Shown here piece by piece: positions 1 through 13,952 of a stretch of DNA of 64,000 nt; position 1 is the stretch's first letter, and every line of letters starts with the position of its first letter. Source of the DNA: the human T2T-CHM13v2.0 reference genome, Homo sapiens; NCBI RefSeq assembly GCF_009914755.1, contig NC_060926.1; one strand, 5' to 3'. A model generated the notes under the pieces. It made no database searches. It had not been told where the DNA came from and saw only the letters and a program-made list of their open reading frames with translations. The position numbers and the translations under genes are program-made.

Positions 1-1430
1 TTATTTTAGGCCTGAAGAACTTCCTTTTAGGAATTTCCAAGTTCAGGTTTATTGGTGAATAATCTCAGTTTAAAAAAATCTGATGTGTTGTTTGCAACCT
101 CATTTTCCAGGATATTTTCCATTAGCTATAGATTCATTTTTGTCCTTAAAACTATGTTCCATTGTCTTCTGCCCTACATCATTTATGATGAGAAGTCATC
201 TGATACTCCTCTCATTCTTTTCTCTAAATGAAAAGTGTTGTTTCTCTGTAGGTAAACACAAGATTTTCTTTTTAACTTTGGCTTTAGCAAATTTATAGTT
301 TAGCAATAATTATGATGGGGACAGTTGTGGTTTTCTTCTTACTTGCTTAGATTTCAATGAGTTTTTCGACTTATTGGATTATGCTTATCACTATATTGGG
401 AGTTTTTTTTCAGCCATTGTTTCTTTGAATATTTTATTTTCTTACTCATTGTATCTTTCTTCTCTTTCTTGGGTGGCAACAGCACATATGTTAGGGTGCT
501 TGACATTTTCCCACAGTTTACTAAGACTGTGCTTATTTTTTGTCATTGTTAATATAGTTCTGATTCTCTCTGTCCTTCAGAATGTGTTATTACTGTTCAA
601 TCTTCAGGTTCACTTATTCTTTTTTCTGTCACTCAGTCTGTTGTTAAGCCACATGACTAAAAATCTCCTATCAGATATTGTGCTTTTCACTTTAGAGTTT
701 CCATTTGGTTTCCTCATTCATTCATTCTCAAATATTTTCCTATAACTCCTTAAACATATTTATAATACCTGCTCTAGAGACTTTGCTCAACATCTGCATC
801 CTTCTGGGTTTAATTTCTATTGACTTATTTTGCTTGATTTTTGGTCCTATTTTCTTGTTTCTTCCTACGCCTAGTGATTTTGGATTGTAATTTGAACACA
901 TGTGACACATTGTGGAGACTCTGGGTTTTTGTCCCCTTGAAGTGTGCTGAGCTTGTTTTAGGAGGCAGTGAGCTCCTCTGAACTCAGACTCCACCCTCTG
1001 GCTCTTCTGCAGTTGGCAGCAGCTGAAATTAACCCTCAGTTCTTCACTTTCTTGCTGCTTCATTTTGTTGGGCTCCATGGAGCATCTCCCACTGCACCTG
1101 TGTATTTAGCAGTCCACCAATGAGTTGGGCAGAATTTATGTGCATGTTTTAGTGCTTCCTCTTCAGTGGCTCCCTCTCTTTCAGGATTTTACCCTAACTT
1201 TCTTGATGCTCTTTCCAGAGCCACATGTGGATGGGAGAATGCCCTTTAGCAAAAAGCTGCAAACTCATAAACCTTTCCATTGCTTTCCCATATTTCAGGC
1301 ATGGGTTACTATCTTTTACATGCCATCTTTGGATGTCTTGAAAAAATCCTCCAGTTATTGCCTGCTTTTTAAATATTTTGTCTAGGTTTGATGATTGTCT
1401 CTGTAGCCAACCCACTCGTCTTGACTACTT
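1..1430 (-). mobile_element. Ancient L1M (L1MC/L1ME-type) fragment, ORF1/5' region
   Basis: T-rich strand. 'cctgaagaacttccttttag...aatctcagttt' resembles the antisense ORF1 region of old L1M and parallels 18780-19600. Boundaries approximate. Confidence 0.65.
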
Positions 1431-1634
1431 GCATCTGGGCCCTTCTGAAAGATTATGAAGATTAAGTTCTTCATATTCCACTATTCTAAAGGTACAAAGG
1501 TCAGCATCATCATAAACATTGCCATCATTTACTGTTTAATTAAACTTGAGGAAATTGTGCAATGTGCCTATGTTTAATATACAGATGAGTTGCAGCAATA
1601 ATAATATTCTGTACATCACTCACTGATGCAGGCT

Positions 1635-2136
1635 GTGTAGTGGACCTGCAAAGATGCCCACATCTAAGTCCCAGAACCCATGAATATGTTATCTTACATG
1701 GTAAAAGAGCCTTTCCAGATGGGACTCAGTTTAGGATCTTGAGATAAGGGATGCTCCTGCACTTTCTGGAGGGGACCAATGTAGTCTGAGGGTCCCTCTA
1801 AGAGGATGCAGAAGGTCAGTATGAGGAGAAGGCTAGGTGACAGCAGAAGCAGAGAGAGGCCGAGTCAGAAAGAGAAGGTGCTCCTTCTGGCTTTGGCAAT
1901 GGAGGAAGAGACCATGAGCCAGGCAGTGCGGGTAGCCTCTGGAAGCTGGAAAAGACACAGAAGTGGATTCCCTCCTGGAGCCTCTGGAAAGAATGCAGCT
2001 GTGCTGATACTTTGCTTTTAGTGTAGGAAACCCACTTCAGACTTCTGATCTCCCAAACTGTAAGATAATACATTGTATTGTTTGAAGCTAATAATTTTGT
2101 GGTATTTGGTTATGGCAGTGATAGAAAACTGATACA
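1635..2136 (+). mobile_element. MLT1D (ERVL-MaLR) solo LTR
   Basis: 'tgaatatgttatcttacatggtaaaaga', 'ctggaagctggaaaag', ends 'tagaaaactgataca'; about 500 bp. Confidence 0.85.
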
Positions 2137-3354
2137 GTCACCAAAATTATTTTATCAGTGGCATTTTATAACCTTCATTTCTAAAAATGGCATATATCTA
2201 ATCATTTGTACATATCCCTAAAGCAACTTATCACCTATGTATTTTTATTATTTCTAATTTTGTATTCAGATCAGTTTCTTATTAAAGATTATCCCATTGT
2301 GAATTTCTAGAGTGATTGAAGATGAGGTCAGCTGTCTTGAGAAGCTTTACTGGAGGACAGAGGAAGCTTCCTTAGATGTTATCTTTGGCTTTCTTGGAAA
2401 ACCCTCAGAGCACTCGCCTGCCTGCTCTAGAGTTGCTGGTAGTGCATTTTCAATTATCTCTTAAGGGGCTTATAATTCAATCTTATTTGACAACCTAAGT
2501 GGAAGCTTATACATCACTTAATATTTATATCTTATGTTTTTTCTCCTTATGTTTCCCCTTATACTATAAACTGTTTGTAACAAAGCCAGCATTATAATTT
2601 TATTTTTATTTTTAGTGCCTAATTCGCAGAGAGGACTATTTGCATTCCACAAATTTCCTGTGTGCAGGTGGCATCATGTGACTCTCCCGGCTGCTGGGAC
2701 ATGAGAGCACAGAATGTGTCCCCTTCAGGCCACAGTGGGGTGTCTGTGCACCTGGCACACATGTGGTGGCTTAGAGACCATGAATGGCCATGTTGGCAAT
2801 GGAGGGAGCCTGGATTCCTCACACTGTTTGGAGCAGAGCCTGTGAGGGACATCTATACCAGACTTCGTATAGCAAGAGAAAACTTTAATTTTGTTATTCA
2901 TTTTGACATTTTCAGACAGCTGTTAGAGCAGCTGTTTTATCTTTCTCATGGATACATTTATCAATAGGAATATGCAATCATCAGATTAGATCAGAAAGAC
3001 TAGTTTTTGAGAGTTGCTGCAATAGCTTAGCCCTGAATTGTGGAGCATCTCCTGTATGCTGGGCACTCTAGCATACACCCTTTAAGTCCCCCTGCCATTC
3101 CTACGTTTGCACAGGAGTCCAGGCCTCAATAAGATGAAGGAATTCACCCAAAGCTAACAACCAGAAATGGATGGAACTGGAACGGAATCTAAAGCCATGA
3201 TTTTTCCCCGGCAACACACTACGTTTAAGGGTTTAAAATCACGGACTACTGTAATAATTCGTTCAACTCCTCTTTTTACAGAGGGCCATGGAAAGTAAAA
3301 GGAAGCAACGTTAGTTTCTTGATTTTTTAAAAATTTTGTGCACAGTGCAGTTAA

Positions 3355-3545
3355 CGGGGGGCCATTTGACAAAGTCTGGAGACACTTTTTCTTGTCAAAA
3401 GTGGGAGGTACTCCTGGCATTTGGGAGGTGGAGACCAGGGATGCTGCTGAACCCTACAGTGCACAAGATGGCCCCTTTGACAGGGAAGTCCCGTGTCTCC
3501 ATATCTAGCCCCAAATGTCAACAGTACTGAGGTCGAGAAACTCTG
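3355..3545 (+). mobile_element. MER20 (hAT-Charlie MITE)
   Basis: 'catttgacaaagtctggagaca...ccagggatgctgctgaac...aaatgtcaacagtactgaggtcgagaaactctg'. Confidence 0.85.
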
Positions 3546-4766
3546 TTAAAGGTCATTCAACCACTGCATGGCACAGAGGGAATTCAAATCCATGGAATTA
3601 CTACTATATAATGTGTCTCTCCAAAAAGGCTCATTATCACTGACCAAGAAACTTGGGCTCACTGTTTTAACTGATTAGTTGGGAAACTCAAGAGATGCAT
3701 GATGGAAAAATTTAAATACTTTGATCTTTATGAGGCTGTGAGCTCTTAGCGTTCAAGAATGGAAGACATTTCTTATTGGCTTTTCAATGTCTAGCAACTG
3801 GCACATTACATAGTATGTTCTTACTGACAATTTGTTAAATTAATGCATGAGTCATAAAGCAATTTTTGGTGCCCCCAAAGTTGATACTAATGACAGCCAC
3901 TTTTTAACTAACTTAAGAAAAATATTTTATCAAGTATATATTTTTCTGATTGACATGAAAGATAAGCCTGTGAAACTCCTCTCAGTCCTCCAGTGGGATG
4001 CCCCGTGCCTTTAAATGAATTTTACTGTTGGTCTTTGAGTGCAGTAGGCCCCATTTCCCCTTAAAATTGTGGGCTGCATTTCCTCTTATGCTGTATATTT
4101 ATAGCTGCTGCCTCCTAATTTCTTCTGAGTCTTGTTATTCTTGGCAGCTGTTGTCAAAGAGTATTCACCTCTCCCCTGGGTGTTTTTCTAAAACAAAAAT
4201 AAAATAAATAAGGGTTTCTCTGTGCCTTGGTCTTTTGGATCATCTTCCCTGCTGCTCCCCAGCAAGGTCTAATTTGCTAGTCTGGATTTGCTTCCGTTGG
4301 TAAAAAGAGTCTCTTTTGCAGAGGTGCTTCCTTAATTGGCATTTTTTTTGTTGGGGCTTGGGAAGCTGGTTCTTCCCACTCACCCCCAGTTCACTAGTGT
4401 CCCCACGTGATCTGCGGCTGACAAGAGGCAGAGACAGGCCCATCCAACTCCTTTTCTTGTCAAGAAAACTTCACTCCTCTGTAGTTGGATTTTACCCTTA
4501 ACTCAGAGCCCTTGGAGTTCAAGGGCCTCTGAAAACCAGTTTTCACAGCCCAGGATCCCACACATGTCATCTGAGCTGCACCCAGTGTATTAGAAAAATA
4601 CACGACATGTGGAAAGGAGAAAGATTTTATATTCAAGAGCTCCCCCACCTCCAGAAAGAAGCTTCCTGATTAGGAAAAACACCCTTAAGGGTGGGAAGTG
4701 ACACACTGATTTGACGTGGGCAACCATGAATGAGTCACAACAGTGACTTCCCTGTTGGGCTTTGAG

Positions 4767-4984
4767 CTGCTCACCTGTTGATATCCGTTTCTCTGTTAAC
4801 TCTAATCATAACAGGTGAAGCTGACCTGCTTAAAGGATGGAATTTGTAGATTCTCGTGGTTTTCTGTAGAGTCAACTTCTTTGTCCTTTAGATTATCACT
4901 GTTGCCTAAAATGGTGCTGTTCGTATGAGAAATGGTCACATGTACCATTAATAACAACATGCCACATTCTCAGAGCTACAGTGG
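4767..4984 (+). repeat. Local direct repeat A, copy 1 (~218 bp)
   Basis: Aligns by eye to 6464-6683 with about 24 differences (~89% identity). Confidence 0.95.
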
Positions 4985-5269
4985 GAGGCTTTATTTTATT
5001 GTACTTCGTTTACCTGAGTGTAGCCACTCTCTCAGATACATCTGAAATCCCCGTGGAGGGAGAGGGAGAGGTGATCTCTTGTTTTGGAATGGTGATAGAG
5101 GAGAATGGAATGTCATGCCTGGGCCCAAACTCAGTAAGAAAGTTTCTCTGAACTCTGAACTTATTCCTGTTAGTTACGGCACTCAGCCTACCCTGAATTT
5201 CCTGCTCTCCCTCCCGGTAGCATCTACCCACTGGCACACACCCCTCCCGACTGGCCTGTTAAGCTCTTC

Positions 5270-6420
5270 CTTTGAGGAGTGCGGCGGCGGCGGCGTCAAT
5301 GGCTTCCTTACCCACATGCCCACCTGCAGGCCCAGGCTGCGTTCCTCCTGTTCTGAGGTCTGCTTTTCAGGGAACAGGCGCTTTGCTGCCGCCGCCCCTG
5401 CTTCGGTTCTCACTGGAGCAGCGACATCAAGGCCAGCCCATTTTGAAAGCAACAGTTCACAATTTAACATAACTCCAGGTGTACATCTAGCTGTCCATTC
5501 TGGTCCCATAATTATGTTCACTTCCTAAGAATTCAAGAGAAGAAAACGCTGAGAATACCCTGTAAAGGAGTTTGAGGAAAGGCACGGGAACTGTTTACCC
5601 CACAAAAGTGGAGGAGCTTCCTCCATACGACGATAAATTAGTCGGACATTGGTTGGACTAGAAATGACCTACTCCTGAATGTTTTTGCATGACCCAGCAT
5701 GTCAGAGGTGGGTAGAATTTAGAACAGGTTATAGCCAGAGTGCTGATTAGAAGTGAAGGGTGTGAACTGGGAGAGCGAGGATGGAGCAGACGATGCTGAT
5801 GACAGAGACCGCGGAGGCAGAGGAGAGGGCCGAGGCTGAGGATGCTGCAGCAGGGGATAGGTGGAAGATGTTGCTTGGGCGTCGCACGCTTGTAACTCGG
5901 ATGACTGAATGCTTCATAGATCTCATTGCGCAGAGTGGGCGCTCGGTCATAGTTGCTGAATGAGAATGAGGACTTTTTTTTTAGTACACTACTGCTTTTG
6001 TTTCTGAAGCTTCTAAAGGATGTTTTTGACTTTATTTTTAAACAATGTGATACATTTCCTATATTCTTTTCAATGTCTGTTCATCTCCCAATTCATTTGT
6101 CAAAGAGTATAAGTGGTGTCATCTTCTCTGGGATATTTTTAAAACCGTTCTTCAGCAGACAAGCTAAATGCTGGACTACAGAAGCAAATGTGCAGGCTGT
6201 GGCTTCAGTTTTAATGCACGCTTTTACCTGTAGTGTTACTGATGCCAAAATCAACCTATTTGAGGGTAGTCATCTCAGGCCTACTTTGAAGTCATCAGAT
6301 TTAAAGTGAGGTATCATCTTTTGTGATTGCATCACCAGACTTATTTCCTGGAAACCTCATGGAAAGATGTAAAGAGAATGTGTATTAAAATTTGAATAAA
6401 TGAAAGGAGCTAGTTCACAT
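5270..6420 (+). pseudogene. CpG-rich, mRNA-like segment; possible processed pseudogene of unidentified parent
   Basis: GCG run followed by ATG at 5299. Stop-riddled coding-like sequence ending in an acidic stretch (ESEDGADDADD / AEAEERAEAEDAAA), then an AT-rich UTR-like region with ATTAAA/AATAAA at ~6384-6400. No clear poly(A) tail; parent not recognised. Confidence 0.35.
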
Positions 6421-6463
6421 GTTGGAAAACCACAGAGGAGAATGTCAAACAGAAGAGAAGAGA

Positions 6464-6683
6464 CTGCTCACCTGTTGATATCCATTTCTCTGTTAACTCT
6501 AATCATAACAGGTGAAGCTGACCTGTTTAAACGGTGGAATTTGTAGATTCTCATGGTTTTCTGTAGAATCAACTTCTTTGTCCTTTAGATCATCGCTGTT
6601 TCCTAAAAAGCCACTGTTCATGTGAGAGAAATTGTCATATGTACCATTAACAATAACATGTCACATTCCCAGAGGTACAATGG
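6464..6683 (+). repeat. Local direct repeat A, copy 2
   Basis: Second copy of 4767-4984. Confidence 0.95.
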
Positions 6684-7495
6684 AAACAGTGATTGATTTA
6701 GTAAACCCGTATTGAGATCTTAGGCATTCTAGAAGAAACAGTGAGATTGTTTTGGATAAAAGGAGTTGGAAGGCAAGGTAGGGGAAAATGAAATGTTTGC
6801 TGAAATCTTGGACATATGAAAGAGGAAGTTAGTGTAAGTATAAACAATTTAAAAAATAACACTTGGCATATAACAAAAATAAGATAGAGACAGAGCAGAA
6901 TTGAAAATATGAAAGTAATTACTCAAAGTGACTTGAGAAAAAGTCTCAAGCTGTGTTTTCATAGGGAGAAGGGAAACTCAATTTGTAACCTAATCTGAGT
7001 GTCTTTCATATGTCCGTAGAAATATAAAAGGGACACTCCTATTTGGAAGGTGAATTTTCTAGGAATTAATAATAATTCGTCCATTCATTTGTCCATTCAG
7101 GCCCCTCTGACCCTGCTCTAATTTTTGCACACAGCACTTTTCATCTGGTAACATGATGTGTGACTTTGCTATTATGGCTATTGTCAGTCTTTCCCCAAGT
7201 AGTGACCTGAGTTTCTTTCCTTCTCTGGTTTTATTAAGGCAGTATCTGGCACGTAGAAGGAATTCAGAAATACTGAATGAAGGAGCACCTGTTACGTACC
7301 TAGCATTGAGCAAGGAGCTAGCAATACAGAATAGAGGTATGACCTTCAGGTTCCCTACAGTAGTAGGGGCATCAAATAAACATATAAATCTAAATAATGT
7401 ATGTATAACTATACATATATATAGTTTTGCATATATATAGTACTACTATATTTATATGTACATAATATATAGTATATATAATGCTATATGTATAG

Positions 7496-7585
7496 TACTA
7501 TCAAGTACAAGGGTATGGACAGATTCACTGGGGTCAGTAATACTATAAAGTACAAGGGTATGGACAGATACACTGGGGTCAGACT
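7496..7585 (+). repeat. 45-bp tandem duplication at the start of a MIR-like element
   Basis: tactatcaagtacaagggtatggacagattcactggggtcagtaa / tactataaagtacaagggtatggacagatacactggggtcagact. Confidence 0.9.
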
Positions 7586-8007
7586 GATGCAGTTGCAAGT
7601 CTGAATCCCAGCTCTGACACTTAGTGTCTGATACTAGCTGGGTAAACATAGTTACATTGCTTAAGCAGCTTAAAACTCAGGCACCATATCTGTCAGATGA
7701 GTTAGTAATCTCAACTTTGTGGGGCTTGTGTGAGAAACAAGGAATAAGCAATATAAAATTAAGACAAGGAATAAAAGCATTAATTACGACTCTAAGAAAG
7801 TTAAAAGCCCCAAGGTAGAGAGTGCTATCAGCTGACTGATGAAGGGACCTGTTGGCCAAGTCTTGTGCCCCCATACCTAATGCCCACTTTTGGCCATGTG
7901 TGCTTCCTTTCTCTGGCCTTAGGGCTTCTCTAAATGGCTCCTATTAGAGGAAGCAACATTTTATTGATTGATTATAAAGAGAAGTGGAAATAGGATCTAT
8001 TTGTATC

Positions 8008-8369
8008 TGCTATGATATGAATGTTTGTGTCTCCCTAGACTCATAAGTTGAAACCTAATTTCCAATGCATTAGTATTAAGAAGTAGAACCTTTAGGTTGG
8101 GGCCTTCCTGACTGGGATTAGTGCCCTTATATAAGAGGCCCTGGGGAGCCTGTTTGTCCTCCTACCATGAGAAGACATAGTGAGAGGGTGTTATCTGTTA
8201 ACCAGAAACTGGATCCTCACCAGACATTTACTTTGCTGGTGGCTTGATCCTGAACTTCTCAGCCTTCTCAGATCCTGAACTTCTCAGCCTTATAAACAAC
8301 AAATTTCTGTTGTTTATAAGTCACCTTGTCTAAGGTATTTTGTTATGGTAGCCCTAATGGACTTAGACA
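8008..8369 (+). mobile_element. MLT1A0-like MaLR solo LTR
   Basis: Starts 'tgctatgatatgaatgtttgtgtc', contains 'gggattagtgcccttat', ends 'gacttagaca'; internal duplication of 'gatcctgaacttctcagcctt'. Confidence 0.8.
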
Positions 8370-8399
8370 ACATCTTTAAGGATGTGCATTTGGTAGAAG

Positions 8400-8898
<499 letters not shown>

Positions 8899-10479
8899 CC
8901 CTGGAGCACTTGGGGAATCTCGCATACCTCTCAAGTGTTCCAACCATTGACCATCGTCAGCCATTGGAAGATGCAACTGGAGTGTATGATACCTTTATAC
9001 AGTTACTATGTCAGTGTTATTTCCAGCAAACTTCCACACAGTGCCTAGAAACAATGCTTTATGCCCAGTTGACAGAATTATTATCAGTTTAATCTCTAAA
9101 GTCTTTCACTTTTGTTTTATGTTTTAAAATGATTCATTGCATTTTTAGATCTTGGTATTATGCAAACACTGGTTTAAATGATCTGAGAGAGAAAGTTCAC
9201 AATGATATTTGCTGCCAGTATAGCATATTAGGTGGTCAAAGTGTTCGGTAAATATTAGCTCTGGTTTCACCACATGCCTGTCAGGTTGGTGCTGTTTCTA
9301 AACCAGTGAACTGGAGTTTAAGGCTGTTCCATCTTTATGGGAAGTTGATATTTCAACAAATAAATGACAAGAATGAGGGGGATGAGGTTTGAGTCTAGTG
9401 GGGTTCTGCTGCTGATTGGTCATTAATTATATTTATGTTATTGTATCTTTACCCAGAGGCTGCCATGAAGAACACATTGATTTTTAAATTCAAGATAAAA
9501 ATAAATGACTTATGGCCAAGGCAGTTTTCACTTTGATTTTTTAAACTGCAAATGCAGTTTAGGAGAAATTTGATCTATCTGCTTCTGATTCACTCACACT
9601 GGAATCATTCAGGTGTTGTTTGGTGAGTTCTATTTGATGTCCTTAAAATGTGAGGTGAGCTCCTGTGTGAACCCTTTTCTCACTTTTTCTTTACTTAAAT
9701 ATTCCATGACACCTTTTCCCAAAGGCAAATAAACTCCACACTGACTCAGGGCGTCTGTAGGGAGCTACGGAGCTGCGCCTTCTGATTAGCCTGTAACTTA
9801 GCTCACCTCTCCCTGCCCTCCCTGGGAGCTGGGAAGGTGACACATGTGGCTGCTCTGGCAGGCGTGAGGCTGTGCTCAGCAGCTCAGCAGCAGGCACTCC
9901 CACAGCACACTAATTCATGATTTCCAATTAGAAATGCCTAGTGTCTATTTCAGACATTCAGGCTTGAGGTTTACTTACTTTTCCTCCTGTTAAAGGGAAC
10001 TTCTTGTGTTCTCTTCTGCCTCCTTTCTCCTTTCCCTTCACTTGATTCTCCTTTTATTTTCCTCCCTTGCCGAGTGGGAGCCCTGACACGGGTGCCTGTA
10101 TGTCTGAGGGCTGCATCTGTGAGGTCACCAGGAACCTCGTCACGGGGAGGAGGGGAGGCTCGGTGACAGTGACTGTTACAGAAGCAGAGTGTGCCATAGT
10201 TAAATGTAAAACATAGAAATCAAGAGCTATATGTTGCCAGAAGGCTTATTTTGCCCAGCTTTAAATTTTTAAGAATATACCTCTTTCATGATTGCAAGAT
10301 TGAAAACAAATGGACAGGCCCTGCATCAATGGGCACTTTCTCACTTTCCTTATAGGAGTGTAACTTGGTAAATGCTTGTAAAGCAGCTTAGAGGAGTGTT
10401 TCAAGAGCAGTAATTTGACTTCTGGGAATACATCCTGAGGGGATAATTGTAAATTCCTCCAATTTTCTAGCTGTGCACG

Positions 10480-10860
10480 CCTAGGACTGCTAAAGAGTCA
10501 GGCTGCAAAGCCAGCCTGCCATTCAAATCACAGTGCAAACATATGTGGCATGTGTAACCTGGGAAAGTTTCCTACTGAGCTCTTGCCTTAGTCACCGCAT
10601 CTGTAAAACGGGAATGACAGTAAAGGTGACCTGATGGAACGGATGAGAGCACACAAAGCTTGTAGCACACAGCCGTGCATATAACAGGTGCTCAATAAAA
10701 GTTAGGTAATCCTCCTGGCCTTCTCCCCTAGCTTTAGTTTCCTTATTTATAAAATATAGATAATAACAGCTTTTAACTAAAAGGATCACTGTGGAGATGA
10801 ATTAAGATTATGTGTGCAAAGCATGTAGTGAACACAAAATAAATGCGAGTGGCTGTTACG
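10480..10860 (+). mobile_element. Two adjacent MIR fragments
   Basis: MIR core 'catctgtaaaacgggaatgacagta...gtgctcaataaa' and 'gtttccttatttataaaat...gtgtgcaaagca'. Confidence 0.7.
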
Positions 10861-11819
10861 TTTGGCAAAACATTTTATCAACAAAGCACTTTTTGCTGTA
10901 CAATTTATAATGGCAAAAAAGGTAAAAAAAAAACTAGAGAAATTTGATCATTTTATTTGATTTATATTTGGGAAATCAATTGATGTTTACCGTGAATTTT
11001 TAATGATATTAGGAAATGCTATTGTAAAAATATTAAATTTGAAAAGCCAGAGAAACCTCAAGGTATCATCTGAAGAAACTGACCCATAGGAGACAAAAAC
11101 TGGAATAATATACTAATATATAGTTAATGCTTACCTTTTCGATGGTGGAATTGAGGGTTTTTTATTCTTTGTATTTTTATATTAATATTTTTTATAATGA
11201 ACAAGTATTTTTATAATGAGGTAAGGGAAATTCCTTTTCAAAAGATGTTTAAGTATTCTTTAGGCCTGGATTTTATAAAATATGTTTCTTCTATAGAGAT
11301 AATTCAATGGCCCTGCAATAAATTGGAAGAACTGGGCCATAATCAGTAATTTTCTGACAGTCTACTATCAATTCCAGTCATAAATGAGAGAATAAGTGGG
11401 AGTATTAGGCTCTTTCATATCCATGGCACTTGTCCATTCACACCATAATTAAAATGTAATAATTTATTAAGCACAGAGACTGGCACATACATGCTCAATA
11501 AATATTTATTAAATAAATGAATAATTGAATTAAAAATGAGGTTTGTCATATAAATAAGGTTTAATCCCCATAATGTCATATGAAATTGTAAGAGAAAAGG
11601 TGTCTACAAGTCAGAGCATTTGGCCGGAACCCAGAAAGCCTGGATTCTGCCAGCAGCTGAGATAATGTGGTTCATTGCTTAATTACCTCATCTGTACAGT
11701 GAGTTATTTGCACTGAATGTTTTGTTACATCTTTTCCATATATATGATTCTGAGCAATATGAATAAATAATGATGATTTGCACTCATTGAGTGCAAGTTT
11801 AAAGGTAGTTAGTGCATTT

Positions 11820-12400
11820 GACGTGGACTCTCACTGCATCCTGTTGCTGCCAGATGAAGATCAAAACCCTTTCCAAGCCCTGAGCCAGGGCGAACTGGGT
11901 CTCTGCCTCCTTGTCCATCTTCCATTCCTACCACTCTCTACCCATTCTCTCCTCTGTTGTGCATATTCCCCTATCCAGTTCCTTGGCAAGGTCCTACTCC
12001 CTCCAGCTTGGATGGATGCATTAACTCATTTTGTTCCCTGTGCCTGGCTGCCCTCCCTTCCCCTCACTGAATCCCTGGTTGTTCCATCTTCAGCGAGCAC
12101 AGTTCAGTCACCCTACTCATCCATCAGAGCTCAGCTCAAGGGTGCCCTTCTCTGGGACACCTTCCCTTACTTCCCGGCCTCAGCCTGCTTCCTCTCCTAT
12201 GCACTCCTGGAGACCTGGGTTCCCTTTCTTTTGGAATATTCAACTTGTTTTGTAATTATGCCTCCACTACCGTGATTATTTGATGAATGACTGTGTTCCC
12301 CGCCATTTTTTGTTTCTTCCATGAGAGTGAATATAACTGTGCTTAGTGCTTAGAAAACTGCAGATACTCACTAAATATTTGTTGAATAAATACATTGAGA
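11820..12400 (+). mobile_element. L2 3' fragment
   Basis: Pyrimidine-rich L2 3' region ending 'aaatatttgttgaataaat'. Confidence 0.7.
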
Positions 12401-13577
12401 ATCCATGCATGCATTCATCTATAGAAGAAAAGAAGAGAACGTTTTTCACCTACTTAAGACTTTCTTTACATTGGGTTCCACACACATATGCACTCTGTGA
12501 GATAATGAAGTAGTCCACATGTAATTATTTACATTTTGAAGTTTGATGAAGAAGCCAACATAAAGCACAGAGCGGGTGAATAACTTCTTCGAGGTGTACT
12601 TTCCTGACAGAGCTCACCCTAGGACCTAGAACTGGGCCACACATTCTCAGCCTTGGATGGAGGAACCACTCTGACCCACGTGGCCTCTCCTCAGAGAAGA
12701 AAGCACACCAGCGTGAAGGCAGGTGCAAGCCACCCCATGCTTGGTGTAGACTGCATGCATTAAAAAGTCATGTGGTTAAGGGTGCATTCAGTTATTTTCC
12801 ATACGTGGCTTAGTTGCTAAGTTTTCTGGCATTCTTCCACTTTTGGTCTCTTTCTACAAGGATACCAGCAAAAGTTACAGTAAGATGCAACCTTGGGCCC
12901 AAGACTAAAGACACCCTCAGGCTCCCAATCACTCCATGGGCTCCAGCTCACCTAAGTCTACGCTGGACTTTCTGTCAAAAATCCCACCCAGTAATGATGC
13001 TCTAGTTTGCACTGTCTCTCAGGGATATTTCCTTTCCTTGGGATCGTAGGTAGAGGGCTCTTACATTGTCCTTTTCAGGCACGGTTTGGGTATTTCTGAG
13101 TTTGAGGGCAAACATCATTTTCATATTGTCATAAAAGTGCTCCATTTTCAACGCGAGCCATTTTCATAATAATATTCACTTCCATTTGTATGAGACTGTA
13201 CAGTTGCCTGTGGATATTCACATATCTTGTGTGTTCTTCCAAGGAAGCTTCCTTTATAGGAAGCTATTATGCCCTATGTTCCCAGGGTTGCACCTCTAAC
13301 TCCTTGCAGGGTGATTGACAGCCAATGGGTAGTTGCTGAATGAATGAAGGGCTGACTTTAGTGAATGAAAAAGTCCAGTAGGGCACAGTGGTTGGTGTTG
13401 CACTTGATTTACAAGTGGAGACACTGAGGCTCTAAAATATCAAATTACTTTCTTGAGGACACATTCCAGGGGATGGAAAGACTTCTGGTTCCTTGTTCAA
13501 TGCTTTTTGAATAAGTGTATTATAGACTGGTGCCACTGTGAGATTCACACATGAATGACTTCTCTGGTAATGATGAT

Positions 13578-13952
13578 TTTTTTTTACTATTATACTTTAA
13601 GTTTTAGGGTACGTGTGCACAATGTGCAGGTTTGTTACATATATATACATGTGCCATGTTGGTGTGCTGCACCCATTAACTCGTCATTTAGCATTAGGTA
13701 TATCTCCTAATGCTATCCCTCCCCCCTCCCCCCACCCCACAACAGTCCCCGGTGTGTGATGTTCCCCTTCCTGTGTCCATGTGTTCTCATTGTTCAACTC
13801 CCACCTATGAGTGAGAAGATGCGGTGTTTAGTTTTTGTCCTTGCGATAGTTTGCTGAGAATGATGGTTTCCAGCTTCATCCATGTCCCTACAAAGGACAT
13901 GAACTCATCATTTTTTTTGGCTGCATAGTATTCCATGGTGTATATGTGCCAC
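13578..13952 (-). mobile_element. 5'-truncated L1PA (L1PA4/5-like) 3' end
   Basis: Antisense L1 3'UTR 'tatactttaagttttagggtac...'; TSD atgatttttt at 13573 and 13953. Confidence 0.9.
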
